A stretch of DNA of 63,564 nt, counting the filler, from Salisapilia sapeloensis CBS 127946 (taxonomy: Eukaryota; Protista; Oomycota): NCBI GenBank assembly GCA_023334545.1. It is 9 parts of 9 records of this genome, joined end to end, with 100 filler letters (N's around TTAATTAATTAA, not from the genome) between each part and the next. Parts side by side here need not be neighbours in the genome. Positions count along the whole stretch, not along the records: positions 46,094 to 48,572 come from JAADVB010000896.1; positions 48,673 to 62,401 come from JAADVB010000397.1; 7 more parts are not named here. One strand, given 5' to 3'. Position 1 is the first letter of the stretch. Each line of letters opens with the position of its first letter. Position numbers and translations under genes: made by a program. The notes under the pieces were generated by a model. It saw nothing but the letters and a program-made list of their open reading frames with translations, was not told the origin of the DNA and did not search any database. Positions 46,389-60,105 of this stretch are shown here, one piece after another.

Positions 46389-48572
46389 ATGCGCTACTTG
46401 TGCCTCACGTGCGACGCCGTGGAGGACGACGCGAGTGGTGCGGACTTGCGGACTCTAGACGCGACCGAAAACCGAAGAGCTCCGTACGAGCGGTCGTCAT
46501 TCCAAGTGAAGAACGGCGTGCAATGCGAGAGCTGTCTCGGCCTGTTCCACGCGCCGTGCCAGTCAGCGTCGTCGCCCGGCTTCAAATGTGTCACCTGTCA
46601 AGACGATAAGGGCATTTCTAGCAAGAATGGCGCTCTGATGCCTCTCGCAGCGCTGTCCTACCTCCGAGGCAGCGATCTGAGCCGTCGAGAAGAGCAGAGG
46701 TGGGCCAAGATGGCGGATTCTGTGTGGCGAGTAGAGTCTCGAGAGGTCTCTTTTTGCTCGAGCTGTGGAGAGACAAGTCTCGGGTCGAATGAGCAGTTCG
46801 TGTGTGCCGGAAGTGGCCGGCTGCATCACTTGAGCTGTCTCGTGCGTTGGCAGGACATGTCATCAGGAGGCCGTTTGCTTCCAGGTAAGCGAAAGAAGCG
46901 TCGGAAGCAACGATCGTGCGAGTCTTGCGCTAGTCACAAGGAGGAATCAGAGAATGCAGGAAGTTTGGTCGTTAAAAAAGACTCTGCCTGTGGTCTGCTG
47001 TCAACTACACCGGCATTTTTTCTCGTTTCGAACAGTGGCATGCCAGGTAGTAGCGCAAGTCTGGAAGTGCACCCGTTCGAGGCATGCCCGACGTGCGAGA
47101 GACTTTTCATACATGGATATGTGTCGGAGGACGGATGCCGTCGATGTGCGCCGCCCGTCGCAAGTGCTGCCGATGCCAGTGACGCTTCTTCTGGGCCATT
47201 GGAAGTGGTGACGATGGTGATTTGCGACGGGTGCGAGTCTGAGTTTGAGCTTCCTGCTGGCGAAGCAGTTCCTAGCGGTGATTGGTTCTGCGCCGAATGC
47301 TCTTCTAGCAATGCTAAACGGAGAAAGGTCGCGGAGGACTCGGCGAGCGGTACTCCGGCTCCAACGAAGCGAAATAGGAAGCCGAAAGAGACGGCAGCGA
47401 TGTCTTCTCCGATCAAGTCAGAAGAGTCGGTAGCTCCGTTAGTGGCGGAGACATTACTCATCTGCGACGGGTGTGAGTCCGAGTTCGCCATGTCCGAGAT
47501 GAGCCTGACTCGGGTTCCCGACGGCGACTGGTACTGTGTCGCGTGTACAAGCCACCGCGCGTCTGCGTCGAAGGATCCTCCGCTGAAGCCAGAGCCGAGC
47601 GCAACTTCGGGAGGAAGAGGCAAGAAGAAGGGGAGCGGGAAGGCGTCTAGCGCTTCTGGGAAGGTCAAAGAAGAGAACTTCAACATCCCACTCCGGAAGT
47701 TTGGGATGGAGCAGTGGCTGCCTCAACCTGTGGTTGTGACGAGCACCAAGAGCTGGAACATGGATGCGGCTGCGAAGAAGGCCAGCAAAAGCAGTCAGAC
47801 GAACGTCATCCAGGTGGAGAACGAGATGGTGGACGCGAGCGGAAATGAGGAGGAGCAGCCGAAAGCGGAGCAAGAGTCGGTGGTGATCGTGTGCGACCAG
47901 TGCCTTCAGGAGTTCCCACTGGACGCAGCGTCAGATATATCGGAGGAAGGAGAGTCGGCCAAAGTGCCTCCGAGACCGTGGTACTGTGCTCCTTGTCTGC
48001 GCCAGCTGAAGAAGAGCAGGAAGCGGAGACAGAGGTTTAGTAAGCAGATGCTGCTGGAGATGCAGCTGTACGGAGGTCTCCTTCGTCCGACTGCCGAGAA
48101 GGTGGAGGACCCGGACCTGAAAGCGCTCCGAGCCGATCCCCCGACGTCCTTCCACGAGACAAAGGACATGTTTTCTCTCGTCGGCAGCAATGTGGGCATC
48201 TTTCACAAGCCGGAGAAGCTGTGGGCATGGGGGCGTGTGCTGTGCTTTGACTTCCAGGAGAAAACGCACCTGGTGCGATTCGAGGACGGCACGCAGCAGT
48301 CGCTTCCGCTGCACGCGCTTCCTCTAGCCATGGGCACCGGCATCTTCTGTCGAGCAGGCTTACCCGGGGATTCTTCTCACGCCGGGGCTGGCGAGATCAT
48401 GAAACTGAACGCGTTGGGCCGGAAGGTCTTGTTCGGGTCGCAGGTGGAGAAGGAGGTGAATGCCAGTCGCCACTTCCGACTCGTTCACGTGTTCGCGTCT
48501 TGTCGAGCCGTCGGTGGGAAGGAAGGAGAAGTGGGGAACTGTTTATGGTGGCTGCCAAAGTACATGTGTCAG
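46389..48572 (+). CDS. Chromatin reader: PHD fingers, several half-PHD zinc fingers and a Tudor-like domain; 3'-truncated by gap
   Basis: CLTC...CESCLGLFHAPC...CVTC (C4HC3), repeated ICDGCESEF...GDW(F/Y)CxxC, and VGSNVGIF...WAWGRVLCFD...HLVRFEDG. Confidence 0.8.
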
Positions 48573-49443
48573 NNNNNNNNNNNNNNNNNNNNNNNNNNNN
48601 NNNNNNNNNNNNNNNNTTAATTAATTAANNNNNNNNNNNNNNNNNNNNNNNNNNNNNNNNNNNNNNNNNNNNAGATGAGAAATCATGGTATTATTCGAGG
48701 GCAATTTCCACTGTATCTAAAAGTCAACCTGGCAGCATAACCAAAAGCAAGCAAGAATAGAAAAGACTATGTATGTCGAGCAGAAAAGCGGGTAATATTG
48801 AGCGGGTAATATGCTTCGTGACCAAACTCGCAAAACCCAGAATAGGAACCATTGCCCAAGTCTTTGGCGGCACATCCTATGCCTACATCGCTCTCTACCT
48901 TTCCTTTTCTATCCACGTATATCGTCCGCTCTTCAGCCAAGCTTTGGCGGGTCATAGCGTCGAGCGTATCCTCAGAAGCCATTCAGGTTGAAGTCGCATT
49001 CGATTTATTTGCGACATTGAGCTCTTCATTTCAGTGGGACCAATACAGTGTGATTCATAAATATCGCCCAATTATTCCATCCACCACTGTACTACGCCTG
49101 TTCCGAAATAAAGCGAAGAGCTCACCGAGTTCTTCGCGCGCTTTTTTTAATTTGCACATTACGAGCACCAGGAATGTCTGGAAGTCTTCTCGAAGATCGC
49201 TCCCCTATGCTTTCATCAAAGACGAACGATCACTTGCTCTTGTACTAGTAGGAGGGAAAGTTGTATTAAAGTGTCACGTTGAGCTTCCAATGGCAAGTGG
49301 TAAATGAAATCGGCTATTCTCAGTGAACACGGAATTGCCCGATTTGATTATAACGAATAGGATCGCAAAAGGCGAATCATGAATCATGCCGAATCGGTAT
49401 TCAGCATGAATGCGACCTATGTGTCAAAACAAGCTTATGCCAT

Positions 49444-49561
49444 GGGTACAACTCGGCCAAATAACTTTATGGGAACCACAATCAATAGCCAATGGTACCA
49501 TTATGGATGGAATCGCAAACACAAACATCCATCCATTTTGCATGATTATTTTCCAAACCCT
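49444..49561. repeat. 118-bp sequence duplicated in inverted orientation at 62284-62401 (contig end)
   Basis: Reverse-complement identity by inspection. Confidence 0.9.
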
Positions 49562-49989
49562 GACGTTTAACCGTTTCAAAAGTGGTAAGTATATTGCTCA
49601 ACTTCTCCAGAACCCGAAGACTGGAGCTTAGTTGCAAGCGTGGTCTAAACAGTGCGATATAAGTCCGTAATAAAAAGAAACAACATATCCCTAGATTCCT
49701 ATATTTATCTCATTTCTCTCGAATCTTGCTTTAATTGTGCTACAGTCCACTTTGTGTTCTCTCATGGAGCTGTTGAAACGATCCAACTGATTGCTACCAT
49801 CGCTTTCACTCTGTCTCATACTGAATTGTATAGACCACAATAGACAGTGCATCTTTACATGGAATGTACTCAAAAGCCTCTTAGTACTAGAACTTTTTCT
49901 TTTCCACTTCAAACTAGTTTATTTTGAGATGTCTTTGCCATCAAAATCCACTTGGACATCCTTCTAAGCTGCATCAGAGTGTCTCGAAA

Positions 49990-51460
49990 TCGTCAATTCT
50001 CGCATGGTTGTGAGTCTTTCAGGCTTCGATGTATAATAACCTCTATTCCGGATATACCACAATGTATCGCCTAGGTGAAGTCCCCACGTGCTTCTCGATA
50101 AGGATCCGTTGATGGAACCACGTACCTCCCCGACATATCTACACAGGACTCAAACTTTTTCGCATACGCTTTGGAAGCTGGCAAGACAACACGTTCCCAT
50201 CTCGAGTCATGAAGGTTCCAGCTCAATCCCATTTCATTCAACTCCTTTCGTGTTTCGTTCGTCAAGGTCCTACCTCCACTTCTCGCTCTTTCAATCCAGA
50301 ATTCTAGATGAAAACTTCTGGATTTAACTGGTCAAGGTTGCTTCGTCCGGAACGACAAACTTCGCTGATGTATCTACATATCCATGCAGTTTCTTGTAGT
50401 ACCGCATCGATGGAAACAATTTTACAGAGTATTTTATTCCTTGACGATGTGTCTCGTTCCAAACGAAATTCCTCCTCATCGTGCTTGGATATCTCTTTAC
50501 GTCCACTGTGTCGGGTATTGTTCATCACTAGACCTATTTTTAATCCAATCGTTCCTTCTGGCCACTTGTCGCTTTCTGAATTGGAAGATGGGACCTGGAA
50601 AGCAACTGGTACGTCGGTATGCCCATACTTGGTCTAATATGCTCGCAAGGCAGGCATGATCAATTGGTCCCACCACTCTTGCCGAGGACTAAAGCTAAAA
50701 CCAAGGTCATTCACCTCCTTCATCTGTTCTTACACGAACTCTGCGTATGCCCCTTCATAGCGGACATCACTCCACGCCTTCCCGAGCATATAGTCGTGCA
50801 TGTGCTTTGGCCATGGCTCTTCACGAGGGATTATAAATCTAAGCGGGATGCTTGCATGGCCATGTATCTGTTTATAAAGATGAAGACCTGGCATCATCAA
50901 CTTCTTCCATGTATCCTCCTTTACATACCATACAATGTCGATTTCATCCGGCCGTCTGGCATGCATTTCCGAGAGCCTTCCTTCGTGTCGAAATTTACGA
51001 ACAAGTCGGCCAAGTCTGAGATCCCAAGTCGGTCGAGGCAACGCCGAGTCTCTATAGGGCACGATGAACGCGCGTGGAACGAAGCGGTCTCCATATAGAG
51101 CACAATAGGTTTCCAATGCTGCCAGCTCCACCGTTTCAAAGTATTAGTCTTTCCAGTCAGCAACTGGAAACCCGATCTCAGCAAGCTTGCGGATGACAAA
51201 ACGGTCGAGGCTGGAGCCAGAATAATTGTTAATGGTGAGATGTATACGAAAGCTGAATTACATGCCTCTCAATTCCTCCGGCCAATGTTCATACAGTTTA
51301 TCGCTTTCATTCTCTGTTTGTCTTTTCGAAACCTCCTAGTATGATGTGCTTGGAATGACGAAGGAAGGTTGGACAGCAAAATGGTTTTTGCACTGGTAGA
51401 ATTCCTGCATGGCACATACGAGAAGATAATCACGTCGTTGACGGGCGGTAAGCTTTTTAA
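49990..51460 (-). pseudogene. Helicase-associated (HA) repeat protein pseudogene
   Basis: Repeated W...LPAL..Y...G...VP..F++P...WP units (LETYCALYGDRFVPRAFIVP; MPGLHLYKQIHGHASIPLRFIIPREEPWP; WERVVLPASKAY) are broken by stops and frameshifts. Confidence 0.75.
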
Positions 51461-51946
51461 TTGATTCCAAGGGCAGAATTGGGTACGATGAAGTAAATTA
51501 TTTTGACGAGAAACATGCCTTTGACGGACGGCTCATAATTGCTCATCGACGCATTCGCCCGACCAGCGTCGCCATACTCGCCTTCGAGGACGAATTGTGC
51601 GGTGATAAAACGCGTACTGGCGAAAAGATAGCTCCATCGCCCAAAACAACTGGTACATATGGTAACTTGGACGAAAGTGTCCAAAACCGCCTTTTAAAGC
51701 ATGCTAGTCCGAGTATGCTAAAGGTGATACTTTATTATATGCTTCTGAAAGACAAAGTCAGAAAGAAAGCATGACTTACATTTATAGGATATCACCATGC
51801 AGCCTCACAAAACACTTCGACACACAAGTAGATATAGATAGAAAGCAGAGATAACGCTACCTACTATCAACGAGTACATAGTTTTTATCCAACTGAAATT
51901 AAACTCAAGTATCAGAACCTCTTGTTCCATTTAATTCCGTAGAGGT

Positions 51947-53462
51947 TTAACCATTTTCTCGTAGTCGCTGCTCAGCCAACTTCAGCCACGCCAGTTGCCG
52001 ACCACGCTCTTGATCGTTAAAATCAAGTTCCGATATGCTACCTCTCCATACATTTTCAGTCAAAACTTCCAATTCACCTTCGTCATTTCCAATGTCCCTT
52101 TCAAGGGAGTCTCCATCTGACGATCTTTGCTTAGATTCGGCCATTTGCAAAGTTTCAGTAGACGATGTCAGTTGGGCAAAGGCACTCAGCAAGCTTCCAG
52201 TGGATGGGCAAAGTTGATGCGAGTCGAACGCGTATACTTAACCGGCACATGAGCCTTTGCTTAGCAAATTACTCGATCCTTCCGTCAGCTGAGAGATCCT
52301 GATTGACTCGATGGTTGTGGACCCAGTGCTGTCTAGTCCGTGTCTACCAGCTAAAGTTTCTTGTCGGGGTACTTTATACGAATTGACTCGGTCCGTTACT
52401 TGATCACAAGTAGAGTAGAGATTAACCTTCTTGGTGACTACCTCTAGCTTGGGAACGACCTCAAACAGCTTGATAGAAACAATACATATCCCACAGACGG
52501 ATGATTTGCACAAAGCGCAGGGTGAGCTTTACGCATAGAGCCAAACTGCTTCTTGCAGAACCAGCATAGCGACTTGCTTTCGGCTTCTCTATTGCAAGTC
52601 AATTGCTTGACATCATCCTTGTTAACACTCTTCTCCTGGAGAAGCCACGAGAGTTTTTTGTTTCACACATTAGGTAGATACTTAAGAATCTATAAGCGCA
52701 CCGGACACGGTAATAAAGACGATAGAGTCCAGAACATTATTTCGAAGTATTTGGTAGAATCCTTTGACAAATACTTCGGCCGATCGATCCGCAATTGGCT
52801 TGAAAAGAACGCAAGAAGAAAAAGGTGTCCGTATAATACCTTGTCCTTCCAGTGGCGGCGTGGACGGTAGGTCGACTGGGTGCATAAGGTTGTATCCTAT
52901 GCGCTCATTTTCATTAATTTGGAGGATGCCAATTGCTCGAATATAAACGCACTCTCGGTCTTTGGCAGCCCCTTGGAGAGCTGGACTTGGGTTACCGGCA
53001 TGCCATCGGAGGAGTCTGCAGCGATATGGATGCTCTAGAGTTGGCTTCTCAATCGTCGAGAGAATCTGAGCATTCTTCAGTTGTGAATCGGCGTAGCTCA
53101 TACCTTGCAAATCTGCTGCCTCATCGCCATACACGAGGCCGAATAATAGATCCTCAAAATTACTTGAGGTCGTTCCATTGCCGACGAGGATACAAGGCAA
53201 TTGCCAGCCCATCACTATCGTTGTGTGAGCCTTTCGCCACGCGCCGAGATGGGTTTCGCTTGCGGTACATAGTCACGTTATTGGGTGACTTGATCGGTTT
53301 CCAACGCTTGCTGTCCATTTCTCGAGGTACTAACTGATCAAGCTTTTGATAATGTCGAAGTGCCTCGTGCACAAGTATCATTGCAATCCGCTTGCAATCA
53401 ACCTTCTTTTCTTTGGAGAGGATGAAGCCTTCGTAGGCGTCTGCTGTCCAGTGCGTTGTCAC
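51947..53462 (-). pseudogene. START-like + FYVE-like protein pseudogene (oomycete-expanded family)
   Basis: RWKPIKS...MYRKR, a frameshift, GTTSSNFEDLLFGL...KPTLEHPY...RECVYI...ERIGYNLMHPVDLP, then CWFCKKQFGSMRKAH / CALCKSSVCGIC split by a further frameshift. Confidence 0.75.
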
Positions 53463-55911
53463 CGGTTTGAATAAAGACCCAGTCTGCTAATTTGAAAATA
53501 AAACGAAGTCTCAACGCTAACCCTGCAGGTGGAGACAATACGGCGGAAATTATTGTTGGTATCCTTTACGTACCACCCTCGGTAGCATTTGGGATATCTC
53601 GCGCGAGGTATGGTATCTTACTTTGAACAGAAAGCGGACATTGTGCTTGAACATCCGGAGGCTTATGATCGTCCGATAACAACCTTAGATGGTATCTGCT
53701 TTGGTAGTACCCGAACTTGTAGTATCAATCAGATAGAAGAGAATCAAGTATCAATTGCTATCGATAATAGACCAAAATGATATGCAAGCGAAATTACGTC
53801 GTCTTAGCCATTTACATCCTGTCAGTCTTCAATGGCGAGCATCTTTGTAGCTCTCGAGGGAATTAGATCGAGTCCCATCCTTCTTGAACTCTTGGTAATG
53901 TAACTCGCAGAGTTACCAGACTGCATGAAGCGTCTTCGCCAGTCAAACCACTTGTTTTATATAGTGCTACCGCCAAAGATGGCGGGAAATGACAGCAAGA
54001 GAGTACGAACCGATTTCCGTACAAAGCTATTTCGTTTTTCAAGCAGAAAAGAACTCTTTTGTAATAATGGATGGTGTTGGTTCGTTGTGGTAGATGCTAG
54101 ACTCGAAAATGTTTGCAGTATAAAACACATTTTTCTACAATGCCAATCAGACGCTCAACACAAAGATGCAAATGTATCTTGCTCGTTGCTATTTTGTCGG
54201 ACGTTGCTTCTGTGTATTGCGCTTCTCTTGGCGTAGAATATTTGTGCTTGTATTTAATCTGTGAGCATATGAATCACCGCTCTATGTACATTAACAGGGC
54301 GTTAGTCCGAGCGCGACCTAGGACCCTGCGCCTGATTGTGGTCCCTGTTTCAACGTCCATGTCGATTTACAGTACATTTGCAATATTTTCTATCTCGTTA
54401 CTATTCATTCGAAGTGCTGTGGATGCACAGACTATTTATTTCAGGCAGTTCTGAACATGGCACGGTACTGGTAACTTGAACGAAGATACCAATTCGAATT
54501 TTCGCTTTGGTGATAGTGTTTCGGAAGTAAGCCTGCTTTGCCATTCAATTCATACCAGTTACATTTAATTGGTTCCGACAGATATCCACGAAGAGACGAT
54601 GGGCACATTTTAAGCTCAAAAGGGATACAGGATACGCTGAAATCATTTGCTGTATCCTTTAACGGGGACATTACGGAGTCCATTCTTCTTCCTCGATCTA
54701 GCCGTTTCAGGTCTAGAAGGAAATAGGATGACTGAAATTACATATTTAAATCAAATATCGCTGAAACGACTTGTGCCGTTTCTTGCTAGGAACGAGGTAT
54801 CCACCTATTCGAAAAGTCGACTCTTCACTCAGTACTTGCAAATGTACTTCGTATCATCTTAATTTATTTTAGCGTACATCACTAATGGTTTTCTGCTCAT
54901 TCCGCCTTGCGTTTGTGTCACTTTTATGGTTCGCATCGTAAATAGATTATCACGACATGAGTGTTAACTTGATAGATGCTGCGGACCTTGTAACGTTAAA
55001 AGAAAGATGGAAGAAGCTCTGCTTTTTGGTTTATCTGCGTTGAGACAAGCTCCAGGCATTTAAAATGCTGCACTCGAAGCGTCTGAATAGGTTTGAGTCG
55101 ATATCAAGTTTGACTCATTTCTGTAGACAATGCTGACAAGACGCTACATTAGCTTACAATATAAGCCCGCTTCGTTTCTCATAGCTCCATGACCCCGTGG
55201 AAAGATAAGCCTGTTGCCATTTATAGTAGTGATGATTTACAGTAAGACTGTATCTGAGTCTATTATTAAAACAGATTTCTCACCAGCGTCTTCTAGTCTT
55301 GAAACGACTAGCCGTGTATGAAGAGTTCGTGGTTCATATTAAACCGTACAAGCCGAAGTGACATCCTAAGCTGATGAAGCATCTATCGCAAACGTTACCG
55401 ACGATTCTTCGAGCATAATTTTTTAGAAAAAGTATAATTGATCGTATAAAACGTCGATTGCTTGTAAATGATATGCTCGAAGGTACATTTAAGAAGAAAC
55501 TGAAGGGATGGACTGGATTCACAAGCGACCGCTAAGACCGGTGATCGAATAGCATACTTAAAACTCGACGCCCACCCTTTGCCTGCTTGTGTCTGCCTAC
55601 AGCTTTGCTGTCTCTTGCATCACAGAGCTGAATGAATACGATGGCTGGAAATGAGCTCCATGGACGTATCTTTCGTCAAAATATCAGAGTTATAGTGCTT
55701 TCGAGTTATCAACTACTGATAGTGCGGTTTCTCGTTGCATTGTCTTGCTTTGTCACATTGTTTGGACGTGGGTGCTCTCCCAAAATATCCATTGAAGTGG
55801 ACCTCTTTCCATCCATTGATCCTCTTCAAAGATCTATTTCATTTCCAATTTTGCCTGCCACATCAAAGTCTCGACTTGGCGCAAGATTAACTGTCGCGAA
55901 CAAGATTACCA

Positions 55912-58878
55912 ATGTCTGTGCTTGGAAATACAAACGAGGAGCTATACACTTTTGTGATGGCAGGGGATGTAGAAGGTGCTTGCTTAATGATTGAGAATGG
56001 TGGCGATGTGAACTGGAAGTATGAAGAGGACAAGTATGCTTCACCTTTGAAAATGGCGGTAGAGGATGGTCATGTGTACATGGTTAAGCTCTTAATAGAA
56101 AACGGTGCAGATGTTGATGTACTGGACTCTGATAATAGGACCCCCCTTCATTCTGCTGCCCAAGAAGGACAAGTGAAGGTTACAAATGTGCTAATACAAA
56201 ATGGCGCAAGCGTCGACAAGCAGGATACGTCTAATGATACGCCACTTCATCGCGCTGTTCTGAAAGGACAAGTCGAAACTACAAGCGTGCTGCTACAAAA
56301 TGGAGCTAATGTTAATTTGCCGGGTTTTGAAGATAGGACTCCACTCCATTACGCTGCCAAATGGGGCCAAGTGGATGTTGCGAAAGTGCTATTACGAAAT
56401 GGAGCTGACGTTCTTCAACAAGATAAGAACTATGTCACCCCTCTTTATGACGCTGCAAAGTTTGGAAAAGTCGAGGTTGCAAAGTTGCTGGCTGAATGGG
56501 GAGCAACCCCAATTGTGAGAATTGGTAGCAGTAACTTTATCAAAAGTTCTCCCTTTGGTAACTTTTATGGGAATGGTTTGCTGCCACATCTAAAGCCCTT
56601 TACAAGCCTTACGAGAGCCATCAAGAGTGGACATCAAGGGACTGTGCAAGGCGTATTACGTCAGTCTATCGTTCAAAGAGATGTGCATGAGATGAAAAGC
56701 AGCTACAAAAATCTCGAAAAAGCTACACGAGATATGGCAGAGTCGGAGTGGAAGCTTACACTCAGCCATCTCTTGCATGACCATAAAGTCGAAATGTTAT
56801 ACATCGCATTCGAGACAAATGATACCGGCAAGAGAGATGCCATCTTCAATTGTATTACCAACAAGAGATGGATTCAAACAGCGACATTTTCAAATGGATC
56901 GACGTTGATGCATCGAGTAGTAGACTCCCAAAATGCCACTGCACTGGAGCGTATGCTACGTTATGGAGTAGATCCTTACAGAAGTAGTGACAAAATTCAG
57001 TTGGTGCCTGCTTTGTGTCAGTCGATCGTTCGGATGTCGGTGGACGAGGCAATAGCCAGCTAGCGTCGAGTTAAACGTGCTGCAGATAGTTTGAAGGAGC
57101 CAAAGGGAAAGCATACCTTTGCCTTTGTCCTGCACGATCATAAAGTTGAAATGTTGTATTCTGCTTTTGTGACAAAAGATACAGACAAAAGAGATGCTAT
57201 CATTAGCTGGATCTACAAGAGCAAGCAATGGATTGAGACCGTGACATTTTCGGACAGATCGACTTTAATGCAGCGTGCTGTGCATTTACATCATCTGGAT
57301 GCACTAGAGCGCATGATATGCTATCTACTCGATCCCTACAAAAGCATCAACGACAATTACCACATGTCAAAATCAGACAAAAGGGAAAAGTTAAAGGGCG
57401 AAACAAGAGACAAGATCGTGGAGATTATGAAGCGCCATTACGCTGGGTACCTCGAGAAGCTTACTGGAAGCCAGAGCGTGTCAATAATTGATCGAGCAGA
57501 GCTGATAAACTCGATGCTCTTCTTTTCAACGTCCATGCATGACGTCGTCCTTATTATGAATTTTGTCGTTGTTCATCTCCAACTAAAGGAAACAAAGGCA
57601 GCTATTCAGAAAGGATTGAGTATGGCAACATCTCGTTGCTTTGTCTACGAAAATGATGACCGAAAACTGTTCATCAAACTTGTATTAGAAATGACAAAGC
57701 GAGAAATACTTTCAGAAGAGGAGAAGTACAACTTTCTTGCAGAAGCGACGAAAGTAAATACGGAAAACTCAGATTGGGTACGATGCATAAAGGTATCGAT
57801 CCAAAGGCTTGATGAGCGTTTGACAGCTACTGAGAGTGGATTATTGGCACTTCAAAATAACTTTCAAGCACTCGTCACAGCGCTTCGAGATAGAGAACGA
57901 CGGGAAGCCGAGAAAGAAAAGATCCGGTTAGCCATTTCACTCACGTGTGCATCACTCGCTCTTTTTGGAGGTCTTCTTATAAAAGAGCTTCTAGAGTGTG
58001 TTGTATTTATGGACAATCCGGGGCTTATACTCGATGCCATCACGGAAATTTCGGAGGAGGTCGCTAGCGGGGTAGCTATAAAGGAAGGCGTAAAGCACGT
58101 GCTTGAAAGGGCTCTCATTCTTCCAAGTGATTTTCTCACGAAGCTACAAGAAGCTCAAACCAGATTAAGCGATGAATCCAAAGACGTTTCTACTGTGGAA
58201 GGAGCTGATGACGGTAGCACACATCATGGTAGCACGATATTAGCTCCTTTCGACAAAGATGAGAAGACGAAACCTGGGTTGATGAACGAAAAAAGCTATG
58301 GAATTGACTGCTTTGATCAAAACGATAATTGCGAAAAGAAAAACGTGTCAGCAGAAGACAATATGTCTAGTCAAGCTAATGCTAAGAAAAATGGCCACGC
58401 CAAAGGGCTTAGCATGTGGGATATTGTCAAGATGATTCAGAGCCAGCAGAAAGAGAAGAAAGCAAGAGAAGAAGGAACTTTTTATGCCAAAAGCGATAGA
58501 TCCTTTACACTAGCCATGGCTACGAAGTCTACATTCGTGGATTTGTCCAATGTTTCAAAGAGAGACTTCCGACCACATACTCTTCACTATGCCGTCTACG
58601 TCAGTGCAGGTGACAAGGACGAGTTCGTACTCTGGACGAAGTCGATATCGTCAAATGATCTCAGTTTAAACGACACTATAATGCTTCGAGTGCGCGAAGT
58701 CTATGCATCAGAACATTGGGAAGACAAGGAGTGCTCGGCAATTCTGTTTGCATCTTACATGGGATATAAATCAATTGTCGACTGGTTTATTGATCAAGGC
58801 AACCTACAAACTAATGAATCTCCGTTTCTCATCCGATGCCGTGCGGACGACATCGCGGAGGCAGTTACAGCAGCGTAA
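55912..58878 (+). CDS. Ankyrin-repeat protein of about 988 codons interrupted by one in-frame TAG at 57061-57063 (recent pseudogene, error or readthrough)
   Basis: About five ankyrin repeats (RTPLHSAA, DTPLHRAV, RTPLHYAA). The two ORF-track pieces share a frame, and the stop lies inside an internal duplication. Confidence 0.8.
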
Positions 58879-60105
58879 ATGATGCATGGCATTAACGGCA
58901 AAGGATTTGAGAACAGGATATAGTGCATATTTAAACATTCCCAGTGAATGTGCAAAATTGTACCTAGCTAAATTGGACTTATCTGCTTCTTTTCGCTTTT
59001 GCATGTACATCTTCAATACCCTTTGTGTAGGCTGCTTTGAAGAGATTCAATTCAATTCAATTGGTTTAATGTTATTTATAGAAACATCTTCTGCGACATG
59101 CATATAGCAGGCGCAACAAGTGGCATAGCAGTAAAAGCATCGCATTGCATACTAGTACGTGTAAGCACATGTGTTCGATCCTTTGCTTGCTGTTTAAGCT
59201 TGATGAAAAGTCACAAACTTGTGCGTGTGCAAAATTAGTAAAGTCTTCAACTGTAGGACATTTCAACTTTTGCTTAGCGCATTCGACTAGTATTTAACTT
59301 TTACCTTTTTAACTCGATCGTGTTATCCTTAAGCGGATAGACAAGACGAAAATTTAAAATAAACAATTGTTCGATCGTAAAAATTACGCATATGGTACCG
59401 TCACACATTAATTAGTATATTGTTTTGCAAATCTGCCCAAGCGAAAGTTGGCGACGGTGATAAACCCTGGATACATGTCCTTTGTCACTTCTATTTCAAC
59501 AGACATAGACTCCCATAACCCAAATCGATAACTCTCGGTCAGTGTCAAAGTTGTTTGTTCAATTATTAGGATCAATGTTGCCTAATCTGCCTGATAAGTT
59601 CTCGTTTTTGATGCTGATCTTTTAGTCTTCCAAGCTTGATACTCTTTGATTCGATAGTCCAAATTAGCTGCCTTTGAACGTAGCTAATATGGAGATGTAG
59701 GATGCTGATAACCTGCAAGGTAAAAGCCGCCAAAGAGAACATAGCAACGGATAATGCACGAAATCTTTCGCCGATAAGCACGATCGTCATTCGTTCAGCT
59801 TCAGCATATAGAGCGATAAGAAAAGAGATGATCGTAGGCTCTAGGAAAGCTTTGCATGTATTCTTTTAGACTTGAACACTAAAAGTCGTACTTCAGAGTC
59901 GAGACGAGGAGGGCTCAATTTATAAGCTTCCAATACTCTTGCAGGCTGGCGAACTTTCTCGTGGGCACAGATAACTAATACTTAGTACAAATTTTATCTT
60001 TAAATTCTAAATGCATAGTTTCAACAATATTATCACAGCTATCTTGCTTATCGAAAAAATGCAAAATTTGGATTTGAGCATCAAAGTATCTTCGTGTGTT
60101 CTTGG

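Noticed and set aside
48767-49912. Coding-like minus-strand fragments
   Set aside because: Probably a decayed gene, but unassignable by eye.
53589-54726. Short ORFs with faint LRR or TM flavour
   Set aside because: Fragmented by stops; no family can be supported without a search.
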